From: Acidimicrobiia bacterium
GTDB taxonomy: Bacteria > Actinomycetota > Acidimicrobiia > Acidimicrobiales > Ilumatobacteraceae
Direction: 5' to 3'
Length of the DNA: 45,421 nucleotides
NCBI GenBank assembly: GCA_050246915.1
Contig: JBFWVD010000044.1
Coordinates: 1-45,421 of the forward strand
Part shown: in pieces, positions 34,037-42,829 of the stretch
How the letters are laid out: each line of letters begins with the position of its first letter
Numbering within the stretch: the first letter of the stretch is position 1
Notes under the pieces: generated by a model
The model's input: only the letters and a program-made list of their open reading frames with translations
Told to the model about the DNA's origin: nothing
The model's database searches: none
Made by a program: the position numbers and the translations under genes

Positions 34037-34126
34037 CGTCCGGTCAGGGGCCACTGTCCGGGTCATGGCGCTCCGGGGCGGGCGCCATGACCGGGGAACA
34101 CCGGTCGGGGACGCCAAACTGGCCGT

Positions 34127-34930
34127 GTGCTCGATTGGCTCACCAACATCACTCGTCGGCGCGCCGTGTACGTGGTGGCGGCGTTGCTGACGACGGTTGC
34201 GGTGGTCGGTCCATGGCTGTTGGCTCGATCGTCGGACGGCGGGAAGTCCAACGGCGCAGTGACCACCACGACCGACGCCTTCATCGGTACCGACGTCACC
34301 ACGCCACTGCCCACGGCGACACCGTCGAACACGACGGTCTCCGTCCCGGGTGCAACCACAATTGCGGTCAGCTCCACGACCGTGGGCCCAACGACCGCGA
34401 GCTCGACGACCGTCCCCAACGGTGCCTCCACAACGCCCGGCAGCGCGACCTCCGTCGTGGGGACGACCATCGCCGAGACCAACCGGGACAAGGGCGACGA
34501 TCCCAACCCTGGCGTGATCTACCCCGGTCGGCCCGACATCAGCGACAACGACCAGGAGCGAGCGGTGGGCGTCGGCACCGAACCCGCTCGACTCAGCGGG
34601 TTCAGCGTATGGACCGAGAAGGTGACCGCAGAGGCGACGGGTCCCGATGCGGCAACGGGCCCGTTCCTGCGCATCACCATCCGCATCATCAACCGGGACA
34701 ACGGCACCCAAGGGGTGAGCGATTCACAATGGACGTTGCTCACGCCGCAAGGTGTCGTGGCCCCCACCTCGTACGCCACCCCGGGGTTGGTCAATGATTC
34801 GAAGATGGCCGGCAACAGCGAGTTGCGCGCCGAGGTGTGGTTCCCCGCCTCGTCGACCGGTCGTTACTGGCTGCGCTTCCGACCCGACCAGGGCTCGGCC
34901 CGCGGCATCTGGGCGATCGACGTTTCTTGA
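34127..34930 (+). CDS. Membrane-anchored protein with Thr-rich linker and C-terminal beta domain (DUF4352-like, tentative)
   Basis: N-terminal TM helix, low-complexity Thr/Ser/Pro stretch, ~120-aa C-terminal domain. Family call is weak. Confidence 0.4.
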   Translation: MLDWLTNITRRRAVYVVAALLTTVAVVGPWLLARSSDGGKSNGAVTTTTDAFIGTDVTTPLPTATPSNTTVSVPGATTIAVSSTTVGPTTASSTTVPNGASTTPGSATSVVGTTIAETNRDKGDDPNPGVIYPGRPDISDNDQERAVGVGTEPARLSGFSVWTEKVTAEATGPDAATGPFLRITIRIINRDNGTQGVSDSQWTLLTPQGVVAPTSYATPGLVNDSKMAGNSELRAEVWFPASSTGRYWLRFRPDQGSARGIWAIDVS

Positions 34931-34993
34931 TCGAGCCCGGGCACACTTGCGCGACAACATGAAGATCCGCCCGACACGACCGATGGATCCCCG

Positions 34994-35704
34994 ATGCCCC
35001 CAGCGATGAACCCGACCGGCCTCACCATCGGCCTCGACGCCGACGACACCCTCTGGCACAACGAGCGCTACTTCATCGACGTGACCGACCGATTCGTGGC
35101 CATGTGCCGTCGCTACGTCGACAGCGCCGATCTCGACGAGCGGCTCTCCAACACCGAGCGACGCAACCTCGCGCTGTTCGGCTACGGCGCCAAGGGCTTC
35201 ACGTTGTCGCTCATCGAGACCGCCATCGAGGTGACCGGTGGTCGTATCGCAGCAGCCGACATCCACGAGTGCATCGAGTGGTGCCGCTGGATACTGGCTC
35301 ATCCGGTCGAACTGCTCGACGGCGTGGCCGAGGTGGTCGATCAACTCTCCAGCGACTTCGATCTCGTCGTGATCACCAAGGGCGATCTGCTGCACCAGGA
35401 AGCCAAGATGGCGGGCTCCGGATTGGCGGAGCGCTTCCGCTCCATCGAGGTCGTGAACGAGAAAGATCCCGATACCTATCGCCGCGTGCTCGACGAGCTC
35501 GGTGTGGCGCCGGACCGTTTCGTGATGGTCGGCAACAGCGTGAAGTCAGATGTGCTGCCCGTGCTCGAGATCGGCGCACTCGGGGTGCACATCCCGTACG
35601 AGACGACATGGGTCCACGAGATCGTGCACGATCACGATTCTCAGTTCCCGGTATTGGGATCGATCCTCGAACTGCCCGGGCTCATCGCTCAGCTTGATCT
35701 GTGA
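34994..35704 (+). CDS. HAD-superfamily hydrolase
   Basis: Motif I IGLDADDTLW (DxD). Motif III/IV region …VGNSVKSDV…. Confidence 0.75.
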   Translation: MPPAMNPTGLTIGLDADDTLWHNERYFIDVTDRFVAMCRRYVDSADLDERLSNTERRNLALFGYGAKGFTLSLIETAIEVTGGRIAAADIHECIEWCRWILAHPVELLDGVAEVVDQLSSDFDLVVITKGDLLHQEAKMAGSGLAERFRSIEVVNEKDPDTYRRVLDELGVAPDRFVMVGNSVKSDVLPVLEIGALGVHIPYETTWVHEIVHDHDSQFPVLGSILELPGLIAQLDL

Positions 35705-35731
35705 GCATCGGCGCGTCGGGCACCGATCGCG

Positions 35732-37570
35732 TCACTCCTTGTACATCGCCTCGATCTCGGCGGCGTAGCGGGCGTGGACGCCGCGGCGCTTGAGCTTCGA
35801 TGTCGGTGTCAGCACGTCGGAATCGGGCAGCCACTCCTCGCCGATGAGGTGAAAGCGACGGATGTGTTCGACGCTCGCAAAGCGGGCATTCACCTCACGC
35901 ACGCCTTCGGACACCTCAGCCACGACCCGCAGGTCTTCGGCCAGCTCGGCCAAGGTGCCCTCGATCCCGTGGGCCTTGGCCCAGATGGGCGCGTACTCGG
36001 GATCGAGCACCAACAGCGCGCTCACGAACTTGCGACCGTCCCCGATCGCACAGGCCTGGCCGATCAGCGGGATGGTCTTGAGTTCGAGCTCGAGGTTGGC
36101 GGGGCTGATGTTCTTCCCACCCGCGGTGATGATGAGCTCCTTCTTGCGATCCACGATCTTCAAGAAGCCGTCGGCGTCGATCACGCCGATGTCACCCGTG
36201 CGCAGCCAGCCATCGACCACCGTCTCGGCCGTCTTGTCAGGAGCCTTGTAGTAGCCCCGGAACACGTTGCCGCCTCGGCACATGATCTCGCCGTCATCGG
36301 CGAGCGCCACCTCGCAGCCAGGGATGGCCGGTCCGACCGAGCCGGGCTTGATTCGATCGGGATGGGCCTCCCAGTTCATCGGGCCGCTCGACTCGCTCAT
36401 GCCGTAGATCTCCGACAGCGCAACTCCAATTGCGTTGTACCACTCGATGAGATCATGCGATATCGGTGCCGCACCACTGATGGCCAACACGACGTCGTCG
36501 AGGCCGAGCATGGCGCGCACCGGAGCGAACGCCACCGCGTCGAGGAACGCCAACGTCTCGAGCTGCTCGGCGGTCGCTGTACCGGCGCGACGAGCGGCCA
36601 CGATGGTCTTGGCCAAGGCCACACCCTCGTTGAACTTGGTCTGCTTGTCGGGGTCAGTGGCGAGCGCGGCGTTCACGCCGCTGTAGAACTTCTCCCAGAT
36701 CCGCGGCACCCCGAACATGACCTCGGGTCGCACGTCTTTCACCAAGCTGCCCAGCTGCGCCATGTCGGGGCAGCAGGTGACGGTCATGGCCAGCAGCAGA
36801 TGTTGATAGTGGCTCGACATCCGCTCGGCGATGTGGGCCATGGGCAGATAGCTGATGACCCGGCGCCCCACCGTCCCTTGTTCGCCGAGCAGATCGCGGT
36901 AACAGCGGATCAACTGTTCGGCGGTGTACATGACGTTGGCCTGATCGAGCATCACGCCCTTGGGCGGTCCGGTGGTGCCGGAGGTGTAGATCAACGTGGC
37001 CAGATCGTCGGGCGAGGTGAGCGCCGCCAGCTCGTCGAGATCGACCGTTCCGTGCTGGAAGAGATCGGCATATGGCACCAACCCCGCAGCCAACGACTGC
37101 GGTCCGGTCAGCAACACGATGATCGTGTGCAGCTTCGGCAGTTGGTCCCTCACGCTGAGCACCTTGGCGAGGAAGCCACCGTCTTCGACGATGGCGACCG
37201 TCGCCTCGCAATGATGCGCCTGGTATTCGATCTCCTCCGGCGAGCTCGAGTTGTAGATCGACACCGGGGTGGCCCGCAGGAACTGCAGCGCGGTGTCGAG
37301 GATGTGGAACTCGGGCCGGTTACGCATCATGAGCACGACGCGGTCCCCCGCCTTGATGCCCACTTTTCGTAGGCCCGCCGCGGCCTGAGCAACGTCATCG
37401 CGATACTGCGCCCACGTCCACGTCTGCCACGAGTCGCGTGCGTCGGATCGGGAGACCCGCAGCGCCAGCACATCGGGATGCGCAGCGGCAGTGGCCAGAA
37501 GAGCCTTTGGTCCGGTCATGCCGGCGACCGCCGCGGCGATCTCGCGGTCCTCGGCAGCGAAGTCACGCAT
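35732..37570 (-). CDS. Long-chain fatty-acid--CoA ligase (AMP-dependent synthetase, FadD-type)
   Basis: Start at MRDFAAE (ATG 37570) with GAGGGAGGG RBS. AMP-binding motif YTSGTTGPPKGV. A10 region …GWLRTGD…PISAK-like at the C-terminus. The 122-codon upstream extension was rejected. Confidence 0.85.
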   Translation of the reverse strand: MRDFAAEDREIAAAVAGMTGPKALLATAAAHPDVLALRVSRSDARDSWQTWTWAQYRDDVAQAAAGLRKVGIKAGDRVVLMMRNRPEFHILDTALQFLRATPVSIYNSSSPEEIEYQAHHCEATVAIVEDGGFLAKVLSVRDQLPKLHTIIVLLTGPQSLAAGLVPYADLFQHGTVDLDELAALTSPDDLATLIYTSGTTGPPKGVMLDQANVMYTAEQLIRCYRDLLGEQGTVGRRVISYLPMAHIAERMSSHYQHLLLAMTVTCCPDMAQLGSLVKDVRPEVMFGVPRIWEKFYSGVNAALATDPDKQTKFNEGVALAKTIVAARRAGTATAEQLETLAFLDAVAFAPVRAMLGLDDVVLAISGAAPISHDLIEWYNAIGVALSEIYGMSESSGPMNWEAHPDRIKPGSVGPAIPGCEVALADDGEIMCRGGNVFRGYYKAPDKTAETVVDGWLRTGDIGVIDADGFLKIVDRKKELIITAGGKNISPANLELELKTIPLIGQACAIGDGRKFVSALLVLDPEYAPIWAKAHGIEGTLAELAEDLRVVAEVSEGVREVNARFASVEHIRRFHLIGEEWLPDSDVLTPTSKLKRRGVHARYAAEIEAMYKE

Positions 37571-37592
37571 GGTAGCGACCCTCCCTCGATGC

Positions 37593-37617
37593 TGTGTCAC
37601 AGGACACATGGTGACAC
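37593..37617. promoter_or_regulatory. Overlapping palindromes TGTGTCACAGGACACA / TGTCAC-N10-GTGACA just upstream of the fadD-type gene: candidate TetR/FadR-type operator
   Basis: Read directly, 23-47 bp upstream of the ATG at 37570, in a 144-bp divergent intergenic region. Confidence 0.35.
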
Positions 37618-37714
37618 GGTTCGCGCTCCGCGTCAGTGCCGGGCGGCCGGCCGATCGCCGAAACGCGCACTGCTCGCTCGTCGGCGCGGGCCATGACCCC
37701 GTAGCCTCCCGGCC

Positions 37715-37969
37715 GTGGGCACGTTCTTGTGGGTTCTCGGCGCCATCGTGATCGGCGTCGTGGTGTTCAAGATCGGGATGGGCATGCTCCGGTCGTTCGG
37801 GACGCCGTTGCCGCCGCCACCTCCAGCCGGCGAGATGCGCAAGGTGAACATCCGTTTCCGCTGTTCGATCTGCGGGACGGAAGTGAAGATGACGACCGCC
37901 GCCGAGGAACTCCCCGAGCCGCCGCGTCATTGTCAAGAGGACATGGACCTCGTGGCGCCGATCGAATGA
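37715..37969 (+). CDS. Small protein: N-terminal TM helix, poly-Pro hinge, C-terminal zinc-ribbon-like CxxC…HC (hypothetical)
   Basis: GTG start. 84 aa. Sequence VLGAIVIGVVVF then PPPPPAGE then RCSICGTEVKM…PRHCQEDMD. Confidence 0.4.
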   Translation: MGTFLWVLGAIVIGVVVFKIGMGMLRSFGTPLPPPPPAGEMRKVNIRFRCSICGTEVKMTTAAEELPEPPRHCQEDMDLVAPIE

Positions 37970-37982
37970 ACAGCCAGCTCAA

Positions 37983-38047
37983 AGTAGGTTAACTACTTAT
38001 CCACAGGTGTGGATAAGCCTGTGCGAACTCACAGCTGTGTAGTTCGC
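37983..38047. promoter_or_regulatory. AT-rich cluster of three palindromes: AGTAGGTTAACTACT; TTATCCACA-GG-TGTGGATAA (two inverted DnaA-box-like 9-mers); GCGAACTCACAGCTGTGTAGTTCGC
   Basis: Read directly in the convergent intergenic region between the zinc-ribbon gene and crgA. Local GC is far below the window average. Confidence 0.4.
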
Positions 38048-38079
38048 CCGCCCACCGTGGTGGCCTCGGTACGGGCAGT

Positions 38080-38170
38080 CAGCGGTGCGTGACCAGCGGT
38101 GCGTGACCAGCGGTTAGTGACCAGCGGTCAGTGCCGCTGCGTGACCAGCGGTCAGTGCCACTGCGTGGCG
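38080..38170. repeat. Degenerate tandem repeats (unit CAGCGGTNNGTGAC, about 5 copies) that echo the last codons and stop of crgA
   Basis: Read directly. The last unit contains the crgA stop (38152-38154). Confidence 0.8.
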
Positions 38171-38514
38171 GTGATGATGCCGGCCAGGATCAGGCCGAGA
38201 CCGCCGAGCAGCACCCAGTTGCTGGTATCCCAGAACGACCCGATGTAGTTGACGACGATCAACAGCGCACCGGCGATGAGGAAACCGCCCATCAGCCACG
38301 GCAACCACGGGGGGCTGACCTTCATGGTCTTGGGCACGGGCGGCGTGTAGCGCGACGACGAGTCGGATGCGTGGTGAGCACGATCGACGCTGTCGGCGGC
38401 GCCCGCCGTGACCTTCTTGGTCACCCGGCCCGAGGTCGGTGCCGAACTGGCAGCCGAGCCGTCGGTCTTGGTTCCAGGGAGCGTGCGACCGCCCTTGCGC
38501 TTCGGAGGTGCCAT
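38152..38514 (-). CDS. crgA: Cell division protein CrgA
   Basis: Start at MAPPKRKGG (ATG 38514). Two TM helices. The C-terminal …ITATQWH matches the CrgA signature (…RWH in mycobacteria). Conserved position next to pabA/pknB. Upstream ORF extension rejected. Confidence 0.75.
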   Translation of the reverse strand: MAPPKRKGGRTLPGTKTDGSAASSAPTSGRVTKKVTAGAADSVDRAHHASDSSSRYTPPVPKTMKVSPPWLPWLMGGFLIAGALLIVVNYIGSFWDTSNWVLLGGLGLILAGIITATQWH

Positions 38515-38591
38515 AGCGATCGCATGGTAGGCCACCGACCACCGGGACAATGCGCTTTCGCGGCGACAACGTCGCATGGGAGCATGCCGAG

Positions 38592-39182
38592 GTGACCCGC
38601 GTCCTCGTGATCGACAACTACGACTCGTTCGTCTACAACCTCGTCCAGTACCTCGGCGAGTTGGGCGCCGAGCCCATCGTCTATCGCAACGACGCCATCG
38701 ACTGCGCCGAGATCGAGCGCTTGGCTCCAGATGCGCTCTTGCTGTCACCGGGTCCCGGCCGGCCCGAGGATGCTGGCGTGATGTGCGAGGCCATCGAGCG
38801 CTTCGCCGGTCGCATCCCGATGTTCGGTGTGTGCCTCGGCCACCAGGCCATCGGGCATGTGTTCGGCGGCAACGTGGTTCGTGCGCCCGAGCTCATGCAC
38901 GGCAAGACGTCGATGGTGGAACACCTCGGTGTCGGCGTGTTCGCGGGCATCGGGTCACCGATGGAAGCGACCCGATACCACTCGCTGGTGGTAGAGCGCT
39001 CCACGATGCCCGAGTGCCTCGAGATCATCGCCCAGACCGCCGACGGCACCGTGATGGGGCTTCGTCATCGCACCTTCGCGGTGCACGGTGTGCAGTTCCA
39101 CCCCGAATCGATCCTCACCGCTTCGGGCCACGATCTCCTGCGCAACTTCTTGAACGAGGCCGCCGCGCACCAGCCGGCCTGA
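38592..39182 (+). CDS. pabA: Anthranilate/aminodeoxychorismate synthase component II (class I glutamine amidotransferase)
   Basis: GTG start (V-T-R-V-L-V-I-D-N-Y-D-S-F) with GGGAG RBS. Catalytic GVCLGHQ Cys and the HPES His/Glu. Equivalent to mycobacterial Rv0013 trpG. Confidence 0.85.
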   Translation: MTRVLVIDNYDSFVYNLVQYLGELGAEPIVYRNDAIDCAEIERLAPDALLLSPGPGRPEDAGVMCEAIERFAGRIPMFGVCLGHQAIGHVFGGNVVRAPELMHGKTSMVEHLGVGVFAGIGSPMEATRYHSLVVERSTMPECLEIIAQTADGTVMGLRHRTFAVHGVQFHPESILTASGHDLLRNFLNEAAAHQPA

Positions 39183-39206
39183 GGCAGAACCGGCACACGG
39201 CCTCGG

Positions 39207-41315
39207 TCAGGGGCCGGTCGTGGTCGTCGTCGCCGATGTCGTCGTGGTCGCCACAGTGGTCGGGGTGGTGGTCGTCGGCGGCGGAGCGGTGGTGGTCGTG
39301 GGATCGGGAGCCTTGCCTACGTTGAGCACCACGGTCTGACCAGCGGCAAGCGTGTTCTTGTTGTTGCCTTCGGGCGACTGGCTCACGACCTTGCCGGCCT
39401 GGCTGACATCGGCGATGTTCACGAGCGTGACCGTCCGGCGCAGACCGACAGCCTGCAGTGCGGTCGTGGCTTCCGTCTCTGTCAGTCCGACCACGTTCGG
39501 CACCACCACCGGGGCCGGCCCGGACGACACGATGACCTGGATCGTGGAGCCCTTGTCGACGGCGACGTTCACCGCGGGGTCGGTCCGGATGACTGCGCCG
39601 ACCTTCACCGAATCACTCGCTTCGTTGACCACCACCGGTTCGAGGCCGAGCTTGGTCAACTGGGTGGCCGCCGGCACCTGATCGAGGTTGAGGACGTTGG
39701 GGACGATGACCTTGTCCTTGCCCGAGGACACCACCAGCGCCACGCTGGCTCCCGGCGCCACCTTGCCGGCTGGCGGGTTCTGGCTGATCACGGTTCCCGC
39801 CGCGACCGTGTCGGATGCCTGCGGCGTGATGGTCACCTTGAACCCGAGGGACTCGAGCGTCTTTTGCGCGTCGGTGGCGATGGTGCCATCGACCTTGGGC
39901 AAGTCGACTTGCTCCTTGCCCGCCGACACGACGAGCTTCACCTCAGTGCCCGAATCGACCTTCGTGCCCGCAGTCGGGGTCTGGGAGATGACCTTGCCCA
40001 ACTCGATCGTGTCCGACGTGGCCTGCTCCGCGACGGGCTTGAGACCTTGGCTCTGCAGTGCGTTGGTCGCGAACTCGACGGTCTCACCGACCACCGACGC
40101 CACCTCCACCTGACCAGCCGTACCATCGCTGGGGTTGTCGAGGAACTTGTACAGCGCAAAGAAAATTGCGGCGAGCACGACGATGGTGGCGACGACCGCA
40201 GCGACGATGGCCCCGACGCGTCGAGGCGGCTCGTCGTAGGTGACCGGCGGAAGGCCGCCGTGCACCACCGGCGGCTGCACGCGCTGTGCGGGCAGAGCTT
40301 GCGTAGCGTTCGAGTAGGCCGCTTGTCCGCGCTGTTGCGCGACGGTCGTGGGCGGTGCAACCGACGGCACCGCTGCGGTCGCGCCCACACTCGCTGCGCC
40401 CGCAGCGGGAACTGTCGTCGTTGCGTCGAAGGGGAGGTTCCGGGCCGCGTTCACCGGGTCGGAGGTCTCTGGCCGCGACTGCATCTCGCGGAAGCGACGC
40501 AGATCCATGCGCAACTCATCAGCGGACTGATAGCGCTTGACCGGATCCTTCTGCAGGAGGCGATGGATGACCGTCTCGAACTGCGGCGGGATGGCCGAGT
40601 TGAGTTGACTCGGCCGCACCGGCATCTCGTGCACCTGCTTGTAGGCGATGGACACGGGGTTGTCACCGGTGAACGGTGGACGACCGGTGACCATCTCGTA
40701 CATCACGATCCCGAGCGAGTACAGATCGCTGCGCGGATCGGGTTGACCCCCTTGGGCCTGTTCGGGTGAGAAGTAGGTGGCCGTCCCCATGACGGCGCCC
40801 GCTTGGGTGAGGTCCTGCTCGGTGCGGGTGTTCATGGCCCGAGCGATGCCGAAGTCGGCGACCTTCACCACGCCGGAGTCGGACACGAGGATGTTCGCCG
40901 GCTTCACGTCACGGTGCACGACGTTGTTGCGATGGGCGAAACCCAAGGCCGAAGCCACATCAGCGGCGATGTCGGCGGCGCGACCCGCTGGCAACGGTCC
41001 ACCGACGCGCAGTACGTCCGCGAGCGATCGTCCGTCGACGAACTCCATGACGATGAAGTACGTGCCGCCCTGCTGACCCCAGTCGAACACTCCGACCACG
41101 TTGGGATGGGTGAGGTTCGCGGCCGACTGGGCTTCGCGACGGAAGCGCTCGACGAAGTTCGGATCGGACGCGAACTCGGGGAACAACACCTTGATGGCGA
41201 CAGGCCGGTCGAGAAGACGATCGTGTGCCTTGAATACGTCCGCCATGCCACCCCGGCCCACACGGGACTGGATCTCATAGCGATCGTTGAACACAGGGCG
41301 CGTCGGGTCGGACAT
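39207..41315 (-). CDS. pknB: Ser/Thr protein kinase PknB with four extracellular PASTA domains
   Basis: Hanks kinase motifs (GRGGMADV, VAIK, HRDVKPANI, DFG, SPEQ), TM helix, 4 PASTA repeats, Thr/Pro-rich tail. Confidence 0.9.
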   Translation of the reverse strand: MSDPTRPVFNDRYEIQSRVGRGGMADVFKAHDRLLDRPVAIKVLFPEFASDPNFVERFRREAQSAANLTHPNVVGVFDWGQQGGTYFIVMEFVDGRSLADVLRVGGPLPAGRAADIAADVASALGFAHRNNVVHRDVKPANILVSDSGVVKVADFGIARAMNTRTEQDLTQAGAVMGTATYFSPEQAQGGQPDPRSDLYSLGIVMYEMVTGRPPFTGDNPVSIAYKQVHEMPVRPSQLNSAIPPQFETVIHRLLQKDPVKRYQSADELRMDLRRFREMQSRPETSDPVNAARNLPFDATTTVPAAGAASVGATAAVPSVAPPTTVAQQRGQAAYSNATQALPAQRVQPPVVHGGLPPVTYDEPPRRVGAIVAAVVATIVVLAAIFFALYKFLDNPSDGTAGQVEVASVVGETVEFATNALQSQGLKPVAEQATSDTIELGKVISQTPTAGTKVDSGTEVKLVVSAGKEQVDLPKVDGTIATDAQKTLESLGFKVTITPQASDTVAAGTVISQNPPAGKVAPGASVALVVSSGKDKVIVPNVLNLDQVPAATQLTKLGLEPVVVNEASDSVKVGAVIRTDPAVNVAVDKGSTIQVIVSSGPAPVVVPNVVGLTETEATTALQAVGLRRTVTLVNIADVSQAGKVVSQSPEGNNKNTLAAGQTVVLNVGKAPDPTTTTAPPPTTTTPTTVATTTTSATTTTTGP

Positions 41316-41362
41316 GTCGATCGGTCAGACTACCGATGCCCAGGCCGCGAGCCGGGTCACGG

Positions 41363-42829
41363 TCATCTCGTCACCGCAAGGGCAGCGGTGAGCACTTGTT
41401 GCGCGATCGGCGCGGCAACCCGTCCACCGGTCACCTCGCTCACGCCAGGTTGGGCTTTCACCAGCACCGCCACCGCCACTCGTGGCGCCTCGGCGGGAGC
41501 AAATCCCACCACCCATGCATGTGAGCTGGGCGGGTCGGTACCGAGCTGAGCGGTGCCCGTCTTGCCGGCCACTGTGACGCCGTCGATGGCCATGCGTGTC
41601 GCCGTGCCTGCACGGACCACTTCCACCATCGCATCGCGCAGCACCAAGGCGCTGGCGGGTGACATCGCCCGCTTCCACACCTGCACCGGTTCCGACGCCA
41701 ACTGCTCACCGTCGGAGTCGCGGATCTCCTTGAGGACGTGCGGGGCCATCATGGTGCCGTTGTTGGCCACGGCCGCGGCCACCAACGCCATGTGCAACGG
41801 CGAGGCCTGCACGTCGTTTTGACCGAACGCACTCTGCGCCAACTTGGGATCGTTGCGATCGAAGTCGGCGACGGACGGGAAGAACGAGGTAGCGACTGGT
41901 CCGGGCAGGTCGAGCGGCATCGGGGAGTTGAACCCGAAGGCCTCCGACGTGGCGACCATCTGGGGTGCCCCGATCTCGAGGCCCATGCGGGCGAACACCG
42001 TGTTGCAACTGACGCGCAGCGCGTCCACCAAGTTGCCGCCACAGGTGGCGCCACCGAAGTTGCCGATGGCCTTCGTGGTGAGTGGCGGCGTGAAGGACTG
42101 CTCCACCGGATACACCGGCGTCGACGCGGTGACCTTTCCCGATTCGAGCCCTGCGGCACCGGTGACGATCTTGAACGTGGAGCCCGGGAAGTAGCGCTCC
42201 TGGAACGCGTTGCCGAGCAGCGGCTTTCCCGTGGCGGTGTTGAGTTGCTCGCGGATCTGCTTCACCGCATTGAAATCGTGCGACGCCAGGAGGTTCGGGT
42301 CGTAGCTCGGCCACGAGTACATCGCCAAGATCGCGCCGGTGCGCGGATCGAGGGCGACCACAGATCCTTCCTGCTCGCCAAGTGCTTGGGCCGCAACGGT
42401 CTGCACGTCGTTGCGGACGGTGAGCGTGACGTCCGCCAGTCGGGTGCGCTCGATGAAGAGATCGATGAAACCCTTCACCTTCTGCTCTGCGGTCTGGCCG
42501 GCCAGTTGATCGTTGTACTGCCGCTCGATACCCGAAGAACCGAACGCGAACGAGAGACTGCCGGTGATGTGAGCGAAGAGCTGACCGGTGGGATAGGTGC
42601 GCAAATAGCGATAGCGATCATCGACCGGCTCGCTCTTGGCCAGCACCACACCGTCGGCCGATTGGATGACGCCGCGACTTTGGGCGAAGTCACGCACGGT
42701 CTGGCGGCTGTTGAGCGGCGATGCGTTGTACTCGTCGCGCTTGGCCACTTGGATCCAATTGAGCATGACGAACAGCGCCAAGTAGAGCACGAGCAGCGCG
42801 ATGCCGAGACGACGGATGCGGGTGTTCAC
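41363..42829 (-). CDS. pbpA: Class B penicillin-binding protein (PbpA-type D,D-transpeptidase)
   Basis: N-terminal TM helix, SxxK (STFK), SxN and KTG (KTGT) transpeptidase motifs. Confidence 0.85.
   Translation of the reverse strand: MNTRIRRLGIALLVLYLALFVMLNWIQVAKRDEYNASPLNSRQTVRDFAQSRGVIQSADGVVLAKSEPVDDRYRYLRTYPTGQLFAHITGSLSFAFGSSGIERQYNDQLAGQTAEQKVKGFIDLFIERTRLADVTLTVRNDVQTVAAQALGEQEGSVVALDPRTGAILAMYSWPSYDPNLLASHDFNAVKQIREQLNTATGKPLLGNAFQERYFPGSTFKIVTGAAGLESGKVTASTPVYPVEQSFTPPLTTKAIGNFGGATCGGNLVDALRVSCNTVFARMGLEIGAPQMVATSEAFGFNSPMPLDLPGPVATSFFPSVADFDRNDPKLAQSAFGQNDVQASPLHMALVAAAVANNGTMMAPHVLKEIRDSDGEQLASEPVQVWKRAMSPASALVLRDAMVEVVRAGTATRMAIDGVTVAGKTGTAQLGTDPPSSHAWVVGFAPAEAPRVAVAVLVKAQPGVSEVTGGRVAAPIAQQVLTAALAVTR

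Noticed and set aside
35774-37372. 532-aa + strand ORF
   Set aside because: It is antisense to the FadD-type ligase gene.
37571-37936. 122-codon N-terminal extension of the acyl-CoA ligase ORF
   Set aside because: It is Arg/His-rich non-protein-like sequence. A strong RBS precedes the internal ATG at 37570, where ligase homology starts.
37997-38016. Possible chromosomal origin (oriC), because of perfect DnaA boxes
   Set aside because: There are only two boxes, and no dnaA, dnaN or AT-rich DUE array is nearby. A regulatory or titration site or a hairpin is the more conservative reading; it is reported as a finding, not as oriC.
38515-38748. 78-codon N-terminal extension of the crgA ORF
   Set aside because: It is Arg-rich junk that overlaps the pabA promoter and start. 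CrgA homologs are about 90-120 aa and begin with a basic MxxxKRK segment.
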